Below are positions 37,501 to 44,364 of a stretch of 61,710 nt of DNA, one piece after another. The DNA is from Aplysia californica (taxonomy: Eukaryota): the NCBI RefSeq assembly GCF_000002075.1, contig NW_004797581.1, positions 360,685 to 422,394 of the forward strand. Direction: 5' to 3'. A program made the translations under genes and the position numbers. Below the pieces are notes generated by a model. It saw nothing but the letters and a program-made list of their open reading frames with translations. It made no database searches and was not told the DNA's origin. Positions within the stretch are counted from its first letter, which is position 1, and each line of letters starts with the position of its first letter.

Positions 37501-39951
37501 CTTGTGTAGGGTCACATTTCCCAAAAAAATTTTGTAGCCGCGTTATTTGTGTAATAAATTAAAGGAATTTGTTCTGGGTCTCCTGTCTATTCCTCCAGGC
37601 TTACCCCTCACTAAAACCTTTAGCAGCATGGATCACAGACTTGATTGAGAGAATGAATTTTATCACCAAATGGGTGGATCATGGAATCCCAGATGTAGGT
37701 ATTCAATATGACGGTTGCATTGATTTTGTAAATTGTTTTTGTTGTGTCCAGAGATTTTAACTTGAAACAATAAAAGTTTTTTTAAATGTATAATATAGGA
37801 CAGGTTGTGGGGCCTCTCGGTTACAAAAATGAATTACTTGTAATCGGGCAATATCCCTGTAGACTGATCAACATCCTAAAGTAGCCTCATCTGCGTCTTG
37901 GGTCTTAGGAAAAAAGTAGTTCACTTTTGCAATCAATCTCTAGCTTCTATAAGATATGATTTTTCAACCTTGGCATTAGCATTTGATTGGGAGAGAGGAG
38001 TTCTCTAAGAAGAGATAATTTTACATTATTAGTACTATGAAAAATAGGTAGTGAAATCAGGTAGCCTTTGAGCTTTCTGAGCACTCATGTCAGTTTAGAG
38101 GAAAACCGTTGGAATCTCCACTCTGACAGTTCATTAACTTGGTATCCATGCATTCTAATGATCCCATTCAAAAGTCCATTTGTAGTTTGCAGAAATTCAA
38201 AACCGCACCATCTTGTTTTCTTGCCACAGATCTTTTGGATTTCCGGATTTTTCTTCCCACAAGCATTTTTGACAGGCACACTGCAGAATTTTGCCCGAAA
38301 GAATGTCATCTCTATTGACACCATAGGGTTTGAATTTAAAGTGAGTTATTCTTTTTGTATGTTTTAAAATGTTTCTGGGCCAAAAAATGTAATATGAGTT
38401 AAAATGTTCAAGTGCTACAGACACAATGCCTTAAATGAAATATGCAGCCAATGGAACTCAAGACTCTTCTTGTGAATCATACACAGTGGTGTCCACTTAA
38501 ATGATTCCAGTCCTGAAAAAAGGAAACATCCCAATGACAGCGAAAATAAAGTTTTAGAAAGTGTGTTTGGTCAACCCTCTATGGCTGTGAAGCTGAACAA
38601 TTACCAAAGATGATGAAATCAAACTTGAAGCAATGGACGTGGTTGTTTTTTTTAGGAGAACAGACATAAAGGCCTTGAATATCTTGCTCTCACTAGAAAA
38701 ATAGATGGCAAAAGAGGCAGGGGTAGAAGAAGATTAACTTACTTAGAGAACAGATTTACAACGGGGAAAGATCAGGTCAATGTTATTGGGGTTTTTTCAG
38801 AGCATCTGAGTAGAGAAATGAATGGCAAACCATGATCACTAATGTCTGTTTTAGATCTGACACTTCATGATGTTGATGATAGTAGATCTTTTTCTTTTAA
38901 AAAAACAAACAAATACAGTCACATGGTAATTTAAATTTTGGTCCTCATGTTTGCATATATTTACTCCTTGTCCTTTTCCTTTCAAGGTGATGAAAGACAA
39001 GGAGGTGAAAAAGGCCCCGAAGAAAGGTTGCTTCATCAATGGCCTGTTCCTGGAAGGAGCCGGCTGGCTGCAGAACGAGTGGATGCTGGGAGAGTCCTTG
39101 CCCAAGAAACTTTACTCGCCCATGCCCACTATTTGGCTGATACCCAGGGCAGGCCGGGTCAAACCTGATACAGGCATTTACGAGTGTCCTGTCTACAAGA
39201 CTTTGACCAGAGCAGGTTAGTTTATTTTTAGTTTCAGCAAGCTTTTCACTGCACCTTTAACATGAATTGGTCGTAGAAGTGCTGAAGATTTGACCAGAGC
39301 AGGTTAGTTTAGTTTTAGTTTTAGTAAGCTTTTTACAGCACTTTCAACCCTAATTGTTGTCTTAAAAGTGTAGAAGAAAAGTACAAAGAATCATACAGAA
39401 AAAAGAAGGATAAAAGATAGATGTTTGATAGGAAAGAAGGAGCAAATCATACTAGAGCACTTTCCGACTACCCACAGGGCAGGTTGGTGTAAGAGTTTTC
39501 AGTTTGTGTGTTCAAGTGTGTGTTTGTGCATGTGTGTGTGTGTGTATGTGTGTATGTGCATTCATGATTGCACATGCATTATTTATAATATGAGAGTGTA
39601 TGTGTGTCAAATCGTTTGTTTCCTGCGTGTGGGGCACAAGATGCTCCGCCCCTTCCCCCCTCCAACACTACCTCTCTTTTCGTTGAGTGGTAGATAGAAG
39701 AGATTATGAAGTGTTGTCCGTTTCACCGGCCATTTTTAAGGTAACGATGCTCAGTTTTCATTTGTCGCTTGGCTTCATAGAGGTCTCTTTTGTCATTGGT
39801 ATCTTTCAAGTTTCCTTTTCCCTTTCCAGGTACTCTGTCAACAACTGGACATTCAACAAATTTTGTGTTTACCGTCGAAATCCCATCAGATAAACCTCAG
39901 AAGCACTGGATCAAGCAGGGTGTGGCTTTGATGTGTGCTCTCAACTTTTAA
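528..39951 (+). CDS. DNAH1: Dynein axonemal heavy chain 1-like, 5'-partial spliced CDS (32 exons in window; gene starts upstream of the window)
   Basis: Hand-spliced exons sum to 5603 nt in one frame ending ...[15 protein letters not shown]. Motifs include [15 protein letters not shown]4 P-loop GMGGSGRQS, stalk/[23 protein letters not shown]5 [19 protein letters not shown]6 SLGQGQGPRAE / [26 protein letters not shown] and [21 protein letters not shown], best matching DNAH1 as recalled. Confidence 0.95.
1137..1370 (+). CDS. DNAH1: DNAH1 exon w2
   Basis: tttcag| [23 protein letters not shown]...DDLHA |gtaaga; 234 nt. Confidence 0.93.
2185..2458 (+). mobile_element. SINE/LINE 3' fragment sharing the tail of the 9898 SINE
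   Basis: Tail gaccttatgtagttgcaagcaccataaaaccttac resembles gaccttatgcaattgcgagcgccataaaacttac near 10390. Confidence 0.5.
2766..2962 (+). CDS. DNAH1: DNAH1 exon w3 (AAA4 Walker A)
   Basis: ttcag| AQRCLE...LVLFMDA...[22 protein letters not shown] |gtaagt. Confidence 0.95.
3062..4762. mobile_element. Non-autonomous TIR DNA transposon (~1.7 kb), 4-bp TSD, Sola-like
   Basis: 31-bp TIRs ctgccgtcgtaagggaaaacgacgaat(a/g)gtc with 1 mismatch; TATT on both flanks (3058-3061, 4763-4766); no transposase ORF. Confidence 0.88.
5114..5249 (+). CDS. DNAH1: DNAH1 exon w4
   Basis: tttcag| [25 protein letters not shown]...FLFSDTQ |gtaaaa. Confidence 0.95.
5270..5592 (+). mobile_element. Non-autonomous Helitron, 5' type A
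   Basis: A|TCTATAC... 5' end; cgtt-gatcg-aacg hairpin then cccagCTAG|T; 5' ~230 bp shared with the 13209 copy. Confidence 0.8.
5600..5790. mobile_element. Fragment of TGTG-terminated DNA-transposon-like repeat family
   Basis: Terminus tatgtg.cgc..cg.ggtg.aatcaggcgct and internal motif tttggaagtc..caaactt recur at ~18265-18533, 20611-20990, 29150-29560 and 48636-49044. Confidence 0.6.
6074..6282 (+). CDS. DNAH1: DNAH1 exon w5
   Basis: ccacag| [23 protein letters not shown]...[12 protein letters not shown] |gtaaat. Confidence 0.95.
6498..6669 (+). CDS. DNAH1: DNAH1 exon w6
   Basis: tctcag| [29 protein letters not shown]...MDGL |gtaagg. Confidence 0.95.
6983..7502. repeat. (CT)n microsatellite spanning assembly gap 7081-7472
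   Basis: CT runs on both sides of the N-run. Confidence 0.9.
7971..8162 (+). CDS. DNAH1: DNAH1 exon w7
   Basis: acacag| VSMCQEIH...[14 protein letters not shown]...LKTGLDK |gtaatg. Confidence 0.95.
8859..8978 (+). CDS. DNAH1: DNAH1 exon w8 (stalk CC1)
   Basis: aaacag| [20 protein letters not shown]...EKIAEDT |gtaggt; 120 nt. Confidence 0.9.
9040..9699 (+). mobile_element. Non-autonomous Helitron, 5' type B
   Basis: A|TC...tctattatctatttgtgg 5' end; cctttc-atc-gaaagg hairpin, cccagCTAG|T 3' end; inverted paralogue at 19028-20582. Confidence 0.88.
9898..10424 (+). mobile_element. tRNA-derived SINE with Deu/Nin-domain-like core
   Basis: tRNA-like head (tggtccagagg ... agttcaaaacc); core ctcggataag...gaggccctgtgtgc...taaagatcccttgg resembles the Deu/Nin SINE core as recalled; second copy at 1..360. 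Confidence 0.7.
10683..10808 (+). CDS. DNAH1: DNAH1 exon w9 (stalk CC1)
   Basis: tcacag| AVAEATK...[17 protein letters not shown] |gtatta. Confidence 0.94.
11061..11284 (-). mobile_element. 5'-truncated non-LTR retrotransposon (ORF2 C-terminal CCHC knuckle, (GAA)n tail)
   Basis: Peptide [20 protein letters not shown]...LQEKLYG...TGLQV*; (GAA)n tail; 15-bp TSD tgcacatgtcatctt at 11046-11060 and 11285-11299. Confidence 0.92.
11775..11924 (+). CDS. DNAH1: DNAH1 exon w10 (microtubule-binding domain)
   Basis: ttgcag| [39 protein letters not shown]...GEK |gtgagc. Confidence 0.95.
11960..12140 (-). mobile_element. SINE/LINE 3' fragment family (other copies ~29985-30160, 39303-39480, 42335-42545)
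   Basis: Shared plus-strand text ...gtcatataag.gccaaagattagaggtg.tacaag...tttgataggaaagaagga... Confidence 0.65.
12497..12670 (+). CDS. DNAH1: DNAH1 exon w11 (microtubule-binding domain)
   Basis: caacag| [13 protein letters not shown]...YDKDNIP...FTPEAIAK |gtaaac. Confidence 0.95.
13209..13678 (+). mobile_element. Non-autonomous Helitron, chimeric (type A 5' end, type B 3' end)
   Basis: A|TCTATAC start; 5' half matches the 5270 copy and 3' ~190 bp match 9505-9699; ends ccagCTAG|T. Confidence 0.85.
13815..14010 (+). mobile_element. Degenerate tRNA-derived SINE
   Basis: A-box-like tagctcag, B-box-like ggctcaaatccc, tail gaaagtgatgttaaatcc. Confidence 0.45.
14061..14339 (+). CDS. DNAH1: DNAH1 exon w12 (stalk CC2)
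   Basis: cattag| [11 protein letters not shown]...VAPKR...RLERADK |gtgagc. Confidence 0.95.
15170..15301 (+). CDS. DNAH1: DNAH1 exon w13
   Basis: tttcag| [12 protein letters not shown]...[17 protein letters not shown] |gtaact. Confidence 0.95.
15615..15860 (+). CDS. DNAH1: DNAH1 exon w14 (start of AAA5)
   Basis: tggcag| SDYRG...[19 protein letters not shown]...[19 protein letters not shown] |gtaggt. Confidence 0.95.
16163..16503 (-). mobile_element. CORE-type SINE with internal (TATG)n and (ATC)n tail
   Basis: Minus strand has gtgtccttgagcaagacac (CORE-like), ends gggacaaataaaagtg+(atc)n. Confidence 0.6.
16765..16935 (+). repeat. Degenerate ~20-bp pyrimidine-rich minisatellite (tttctgctctta[c/t]ag)
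   Basis: About 8 imperfect units just upstream of the exon w15 acceptor. Confidence 0.7.
17001..17150 (+). CDS. DNAH1: DNAH1 exon w15 (AAA5)
   Basis: ttttag| EEKNEL...[33 protein letters not shown] |gtattg. Confidence 0.95.
18265..18533 (-). mobile_element. TGTG-terminated DNA-transposon-like repeat copy
   Basis: gacaagtgcctgatttcaccacactgc terminus plus aaagcttggttgtccttggaaac internal motif. Confidence 0.55.
19028..20582 (-). mobile_element. Non-autonomous Helitron type B, interrupted by nested insertion
   Basis: Reverse complement of 9040-9699 with an internal deletion; A|TC and CTAG|T termini; split at TTAA 19484-19487. Confidence 0.88.
19488..20531. mobile_element. TTAA-targeted (piggyBac-like) non-autonomous element, 1044 bp, nested in the Helitron
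   Basis: TIRs ctcatt(t/c)gctacg; TTAA duplicated (19484-87, 20532-35); empty site visible in the 9040 copy. Confidence 0.88.
20611..20990 (+). mobile_element. TGTG-terminated DNA-transposon-like repeat copy
   Basis: atgtgaggcattgtggtgaaatcagg terminus; closely similar to 29150-29560. Confidence 0.65.
21068..21228 (+). CDS. DNAH1: DNAH1 exon w16 (AAA5)
   Basis: tgacag| IFKQQG...[29 protein letters not shown] |gtgagc. Confidence 0.95.
21383..23423. mobile_element. ~2 kb non-autonomous TIR element, TA-flanked
   Basis: Imperfect TIRs: left tatctgtctgccccgctcaatataagtc vs right (rc) tatgtgtcccagccagtcaatatcagtc; CpG-richer interior. Confidence 0.5.
24202..24427 (+). CDS. DNAH1: DNAH1 exon w17
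   Basis: cctcag| [19 protein letters not shown]...[10 protein letters not shown]...QEIQ |gtgatg. Confidence 0.95.
25614..25809 (+). CDS. DNAH1: DNAH1 exon w18
   Basis: aaccag| [10 protein letters not shown]...[12 protein letters not shown]...AERA |gtactt. Confidence 0.95.
26476..26627 (+). CDS. DNAH1: DNAH1 exon w19
   Basis: ttgcag| SLPERV...[14 protein letters not shown]...GLLNM |gtaatg. Confidence 0.94.
27206..27405 (+). CDS. DNAH1: DNAH1 exon w20
   Basis: ccccag| [10 protein letters not shown]...[12 protein letters not shown]...FDSIDPQ |gtaagt. Confidence 0.92.
28013..28316 (+). CDS. DNAH1: DNAH1 exon w21 (AAA6)
   Basis: ctccag| MPLPGKW...LRPDKV...[12 protein letters not shown]...SISLGQGQ |gtgaga. 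Confidence 0.95.
28740..28871 (+). CDS. DNAH1: DNAH1 exon w22 (AAA6)
   Basis: gttcag| GPRAE...[19 protein letters not shown]...NPDM |gtgatg. Confidence 0.95.
29150..29560 (+). mobile_element. TGTG-terminated DNA-transposon-like repeat copy
   Basis: tgtgagacatcgtggtgaaatgag terminus; cagtttcca.ggaca..aca...tttggaagtcaccaaactttggc shared with the 20611 copy. Confidence 0.65.
30454..30627 (+). CDS. DNAH1: DNAH1 exon w23 (AAA6)
   Basis: atccag| [11 protein letters not shown]...[18 protein letters not shown]...PGK |gtaact. Confidence 0.95.
31127..31306 (+). CDS. DNAH1: DNAH1 exon w24 (followed by a GC donor)
   Basis: tctcag| VKIFK...[27 protein letters not shown]...DIPFK |gcaaga. Confidence 0.9.
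31982..32158 (+). CDS. DNAH1: DNAH1 exon w25
   Basis: taacag| [24 protein letters not shown]...SDLQ |gtgagt. Confidence 0.95.
32476..32875. mobile_element. MITE, 400 bp, perfect 14-bp TIR
   Basis: ccctgctgacacta ... tagtgtcagcaggg; flanks ATAA/TCAA (degenerate TTAA?). Confidence 0.7.
32967..33137 (+). CDS. DNAH1: DNAH1 exon w26
   Basis: cgtcag| [26 protein letters not shown]...SREE |gttact. Confidence 0.93.
33938..34068 (+). CDS. DNAH1: DNAH1 exon w27 (C-terminal domain)
   Basis: tttcag| VIEH...[19 protein letters not shown] |gtactt. Confidence 0.95.
34324..35125. mobile_element. pogo/Tc1-mariner-type MITE, 802 bp
   Basis: TA|cagtccgtgccggctttaagca ... tgcttaaagccggcatgaactg|TA; repeated subterminal taagcacg motifs. 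Confidence 0.88.
35339..35656. mobile_element. piggyBac-like MITE, 318 bp
   Basis: TTAA|ccctttgagccct ... agggctcaaaggg|TTAA, perfect 13-bp TIR. Confidence 0.9.
36135..36279 (+). CDS. DNAH1: DNAH1 exon w28
   Basis: catcag| YNRLL...[12 protein letters not shown]...VPGMWAAK |gtgaga. Confidence 0.95.
36785..36865 (+). mobile_element. RTE LINE 3' remnant
   Basis: gaatggcgaaccatgattgct...tgtctgtttcagatttgacact matches the 3' end of the 38480 element. Confidence 0.5.
37599..37694 (+). CDS. DNAH1: DNAH1 exon w29
   Basis: ctccag| [15 protein letters not shown]...WVDHGIPD |gtaggt. Confidence 0.95.
38230..38340 (+). CDS. DNAH1: DNAH1 exon w30
   Basis: ccacag| [24 protein letters not shown]...FEFK |gtgagt. 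Confidence 0.95.
38480..38885 (+). mobile_element. Decayed RTE-clade (BovB-like) LINE 3' end
   Basis: Frameshifted residual peptides LYGCEA, KLEAM and [24 protein letters not shown]; (GAT)n tail. Confidence 0.75.
38987..39215 (+). CDS. DNAH1: DNAH1 exon w31
   Basis: ttcaag| (AAG acceptor) VMK...[14 protein letters not shown]...[12 protein letters not shown] |gttagt. Confidence 0.92.
39830..39951 (+). CDS. DNAH1: DNAH1 terminal coding exon w32
   Basis: ttccag| (G)[12 protein letters not shown]...[18 protein letters not shown]. Confidence 0.96.
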
Positions 39952-40281
39952 GGAGTTTGATATCACAGATTTGATTATATTTTCATCATGTGTGCATCTG
40001 TTCAGTATACTTGGTTTCAATATAGTCGATGACTTTTGTTCTTTTTTATGATTTTCTTTTTCAGCTTTACTTTGGTAGAAGTTACTTTTTTTAAAATTAT
40101 GCAAAAAATGATTTTTTGTCCTCTCATTTATTTGTCATTTTAGGAGTAAGGATATATGCATATTCACATAAATTATATATCTTAGTCTTTTACCGATATC
40201 TGTACCTCTTCCATGAACTTGGCTCAGGATGTGTGCAATAAATATTAATTTGTCGATAACCTCATTGTTGGCTATCACAAT

Positions 40282-40520
40282 GAGTGAAACATGCTGACAA
40301 AATGAGTTACTTCTCGTAATCCACAAATGGAGATATTGGCCAAAAATCGACATTAGGGTCAAGTTTGTAGATTTTCTATTGATGCCATATTCTTTAACTA
40401 TAACCTCTCTTTTATTATTTCATTCTCATAAATTGTAAAAACTTCACCTTTAAGCGTAATGTATCTATTTCTTTAAGGCTTGAATCCGAGAAGTAACTAA
40501 TTTTGTCAGCACATTTCACT
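40282..40520. mobile_element. MITE (~240 bp) downstream of the DNAH1 stop
   Basis: TIRs tgctgacaaaat(g/t)agttacttctcg; inverted second copy at 48402-48635. Confidence 0.8.
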
Positions 40521-41206
40521 TGTGTCCTGAGGCCTGAGTGACCGTTGGTCAAAGATCCCATGGAGACTGTATTGGCAGTCAGTGGTCTGTGCATTTTGTA
40601 ACGATTGGCATGTGGGACAAAAAGTCAGAAAAAAGAATATTTCCAAAACAGTTGCAGACTAAAATCTGCCCAAATTTGGATTGTTGGGCTGTGGGAAATA
40701 AAAAAGGTTTGTATGCATTGAGAGTGTGTTAGGTGAGGTATGTTTAAGAGTCAACTTGCATTAAAATCTCTATTTTTCAGAACCAAAATTTCTCCAAATG
40801 AGAATAGATTTTTTGTCACAGTAACTTGGTTATGACTCTGGTATCAAAACAGCTGGATTGCAGCATAGGAAAAATGATGCCAAAGTAAGGGAAATGTTTT
40901 TTTCCCTCTGCTCTGGTAAGCAATAAGTGATGGGGAGAAGCTCATGTATTTCTATAAATTTGTCAATTTTCAGAAAAGGGCCTTTGTCTGAATAGCTAGC
41001 TTTCTGTTACTTCAAGACTCAGTATGCAGGTGTTACAATGCATTGAGAGTGATTGTGTATATGATCGTTTAATCCTTTAAAAATAGCACTCTACCCCACC
41101 TGCAAATTTTAAAGATGATTTACTTTTGAAATCAATTTTACTACTTATCCATCCTAATTTTTTTGTCCACTCAATTTGTTGATGTGGACAAAATAAATGT
41201 TTTTAA

Positions 41207-41446
41207 CCCTCTCTGTAAGCCCTGGGGTCATTTTGTACTACCGGGGTTGTATTCTTCACACTTAAGAATACTTTTAGTGTGAAGATCTCTTTGAAACTTT
41301 CAGTATTTCTCAAAAAATCATTTTGACAGACTGCTATGCGCAGCGTACGGATCGGATTAACGAATAAATTTCCTCTTTGGAAAATTGTGGTACAGAGTTC
41401 CCCATGTCATATGGATCCGATAGTAAAACACAACGTACGGATAGGG
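41207..41446. mobile_element. Degenerate piggyBac-like MITE
   Basis: TTAA|ccctctctgtaag ... cgtacggataggg|TTAA. Confidence 0.55.
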
Positions 41447-41825
41447 TTAATATGGGTCTTTGATGAGACTGGATAGCACTCGATTTCTTTTTCTTTATAA
41501 AGAGACATGTAGTACTCTCTGAATGGTTGCCCAGGAGTGGGCCCGGATACATAATTTATAAGTGTCTCAGTTATTTTTAAAAATTTCCTTCACAAGTGTG
41601 ATTTCTTTTGGTATATGTTAGATTGAAAAGAAAGTAATATTTCCTTTACGTTATGTTGTCAGTAATTCTGCAAATCAATGACAGATTTAAATAAAATTTT
41701 GTTTTACATTTATTAGGATTTGGTTTCCCAAAAAATGTTATAAACGTCATTTTAGCTTATGTAAATTGCTATTATGTGATTTGCAAAAGTGACACACGTC
41801 ACTAAAATCTGACAATGGCTTGCAA

Positions 41826-41833
41826 CAATAAAT
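41826..41833 (+). terminator. Candidate distal poly(A) signal of DNAH1 (AATAAA)
   Basis: AATAAA followed by U/GU-rich tract; other AATAAA candidates near 40237, 41192 and 41690. Confidence 0.3.
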
Positions 41834-41905
41834 GTTTTCATCATTATTTTTTTTCCTTTCTTGGGTTCATTGTGTACTTTGAAACTAATTCAGAAAGAGT
41901 GCAGG

Positions 41906-41911
<6 letters not shown>

Positions 41912-41995
<84 letters not shown>
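41912..41995. repeat. (GA)42 microsatellite between the convergent genes
   Basis: Perfect GA run. Confidence 0.97.
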
Positions 41996-41999
<4 letters not shown>

Positions 42000-42631
42000 T
42001 ATATGCAGCCGTGGCCCTTGGTCAAGGTAAGACACTTCTGCAGTGGACTATCATGTCCCCCACTGGTTGATTAAATTTAGGAGTGCTTTCTTCCAAACAC
42101 ATGACCGAGTGTCATGTAGTTGGATAGAATGGTGCTTGACAGCTTGTTGTTCAGATATATTCAGATAAAATCCTGCACTGCAAGCCTTCTACTTGCGTGT
42201 AACCAGAGATTGTATCAATCGGTGATGTTTTATCAGGGTTTAAGAACTGATATTCTACATCCCATACGAGTGATAAAAACGCCCTTCTGTTTAAGCCGAA
42301 GAGATCTCGTGATATATGATGTCATTATTTTTTAGTAAGAGTTTTACAGCACTTGCAACACAATAACTTAAAAAGGTCATATAAGTTCCAAAGATTAGAG
42401 GTGTTACAAGCGAGTAACAAACATTAAAAAAAAGGAGGAGAGATCAGGACGATAGATGTTTGATAGGAAAGAAGACAGACAAAAACAACAAAAGGAAAGC
42501 AAATAAGTAGGATCTACCAGTGGCACCCTCCAAACCACCCACTCTGTGCCTAGAAGAGCCTTGAACTTCAACAAAAACAAACTTGAAAGCACAAAGCACA
42601 AAATGAGAGGAAAGGTTTCATATTTGAACAC

Positions 42632-42642
42632 TTTAATTTAAT
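42632..42642 (-). terminator. Candidate poly(A) signal of PRDX4 (tandem ATTAAA)
   Basis: Two overlapping ATTAAA on the minus strand followed by GU-rich tttgtgctttgtg; proximal AATAAA at 43914-43919. Confidence 0.4.
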
Positions 42643-44301
42643 AGGCATAACAATGGCATATAATAAAAGGGGACACAATAAATCCGAGACAACATACATC
42701 TTATCTTACAGTTCCTGTATCTCTCCCTCTACAGCAACATACAGACCCCAACTACCCCTAGGAGCAAAATGGCACCCTTGCAATGCCCTCTTTCGTAACA
42801 TAAGTTAGAATCTCACAGTAATCAGTAGCACAAGTTTTGATCTCATTCAACTAAGAACATGAATAAGGGGGAAAATGGCCATAAAATAATGGATTGATAT
42901 TTGCCACCCCTTGAGACACTGACCTTGAAATGCTCTGTAAATTCCAGTTCTACCAATCAATTTGAAGTTCAGATACATATTGTCAGCTGTTTGGTCTTCA
43001 CAGATTCTTCATAAACCTTGTACTTCATCATTCACAAAATACCAACAACAGTAAAGAAATGAGTTGTATCATTTTCATCTCTGTGATCCATTTACACCAG
43101 ATTTACACAAAACATCCGTAGATTCACCTCATGTAAGTCAGTATTTTGGGGTGCATAAATTGAAGAGTCAATAAATAAAATGAATGAAGAAGAACATATT
43201 TTAAGAGTGTGTACTACAAACAAGAATCGTGCAAAAAAAAATCCATCAGCCCCTTTAAAGAAGATTATAATAATTACACACATAATTAGTAAATTTGGCA
43301 TCTATGCGACGAAGAGCAGGGCAATTTCCCCTTCTACCCAGAAAAAATAAACATTACAGCACCTCAACTCTTATCACCCACAATGGTGCTTACCCTGTGA
43401 GCTCTTTGCCTCTGAGGCACTCAGGAACCCTGTATCAGAGCTGTGAAAGAGAACTCCTCAGCTTACACTTTGTCATATTGAGACACGAGTTCCAAGTGTG
43501 AAAGGGGGAAAAACTGCAGAGCATTCTGAAGCCGGTACTCGGGCCTGATGGCTTACTTAAAGGGAAGTAAAATATTATGTACTTTATCATTCAAACACAC
43601 GAGACAACTCTTGTTAAAAAAATAGAAAGATTATACATTATATTATATAGTCAAGTAACCCTGACAATTAACAATGGTTGTTTTGACTAAACAGGAAACA
43701 AAGCAGAAGTCACACAACCAGAAATGAAAACATTGACCCATCACCAATGTTACGAATTAAGAAAGCAAATTGAAGTCCTTCTACAATTTTAAAAGAAGAG
43801 AAAATCAGTAACAAATACCCCATTCATTCATGCAGTCTTCACATTGCAACTAAACAGGTCTAGTTAAATCTCAGCATACAACTTTACCTGTTGATGTCCC
43901 AGATGTCCTCAAATTTATTCAAATAAAAAGGAAAAAAATACCTTACTTAAGGCGTTGACATTTTCCACATTCAAAATGCATTGAATAAAGAGACATCAGT
44001 CAACACCACAAGACAACAAAATCGTGAATAAAAAAGACCTAAAAGAACAGAAAGCTAGCATGAGACAAACTAAACACAAAATTGAATCTTTTAAAACAGA
44101 CTTCATTAAGTATTTAACACAATTTTTAAAAACCTCAAATGCAATTGCAACAATGGGGAAGAAAGGGAAAAAAGGAGTAAAATGAAGCCTAAAATAGGAA
44201 ATAAAATCCTTACTTATGTCATTTTCTTTTTGGTCAACTGACAAGAGGCTCAAAGAATTTAAAAAGTGGTTTCTAATAGCAAAATAACTTTTTTTTCAGA
44301 T

Positions 44302-44364
44302 TCATAGCTCTGAATTTTTCTGCTTGTTGAAGTATTCTTGGGATTTCTTTGGATCTGGAATAAT
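44302..44364 (-). CDS. PRDX4: PRDX4 exon 6 (terminal)
   Basis: cctcag| [23 protein letters not shown]. Confidence 0.93.
   Translation of the reverse strand: MIPDPKKSQEYFNKQKNSEL

Noticed and set aside
41844-42070. RE/SL-repeat ORFs
   Set aside because: Translations of the (GA)n microsatellite
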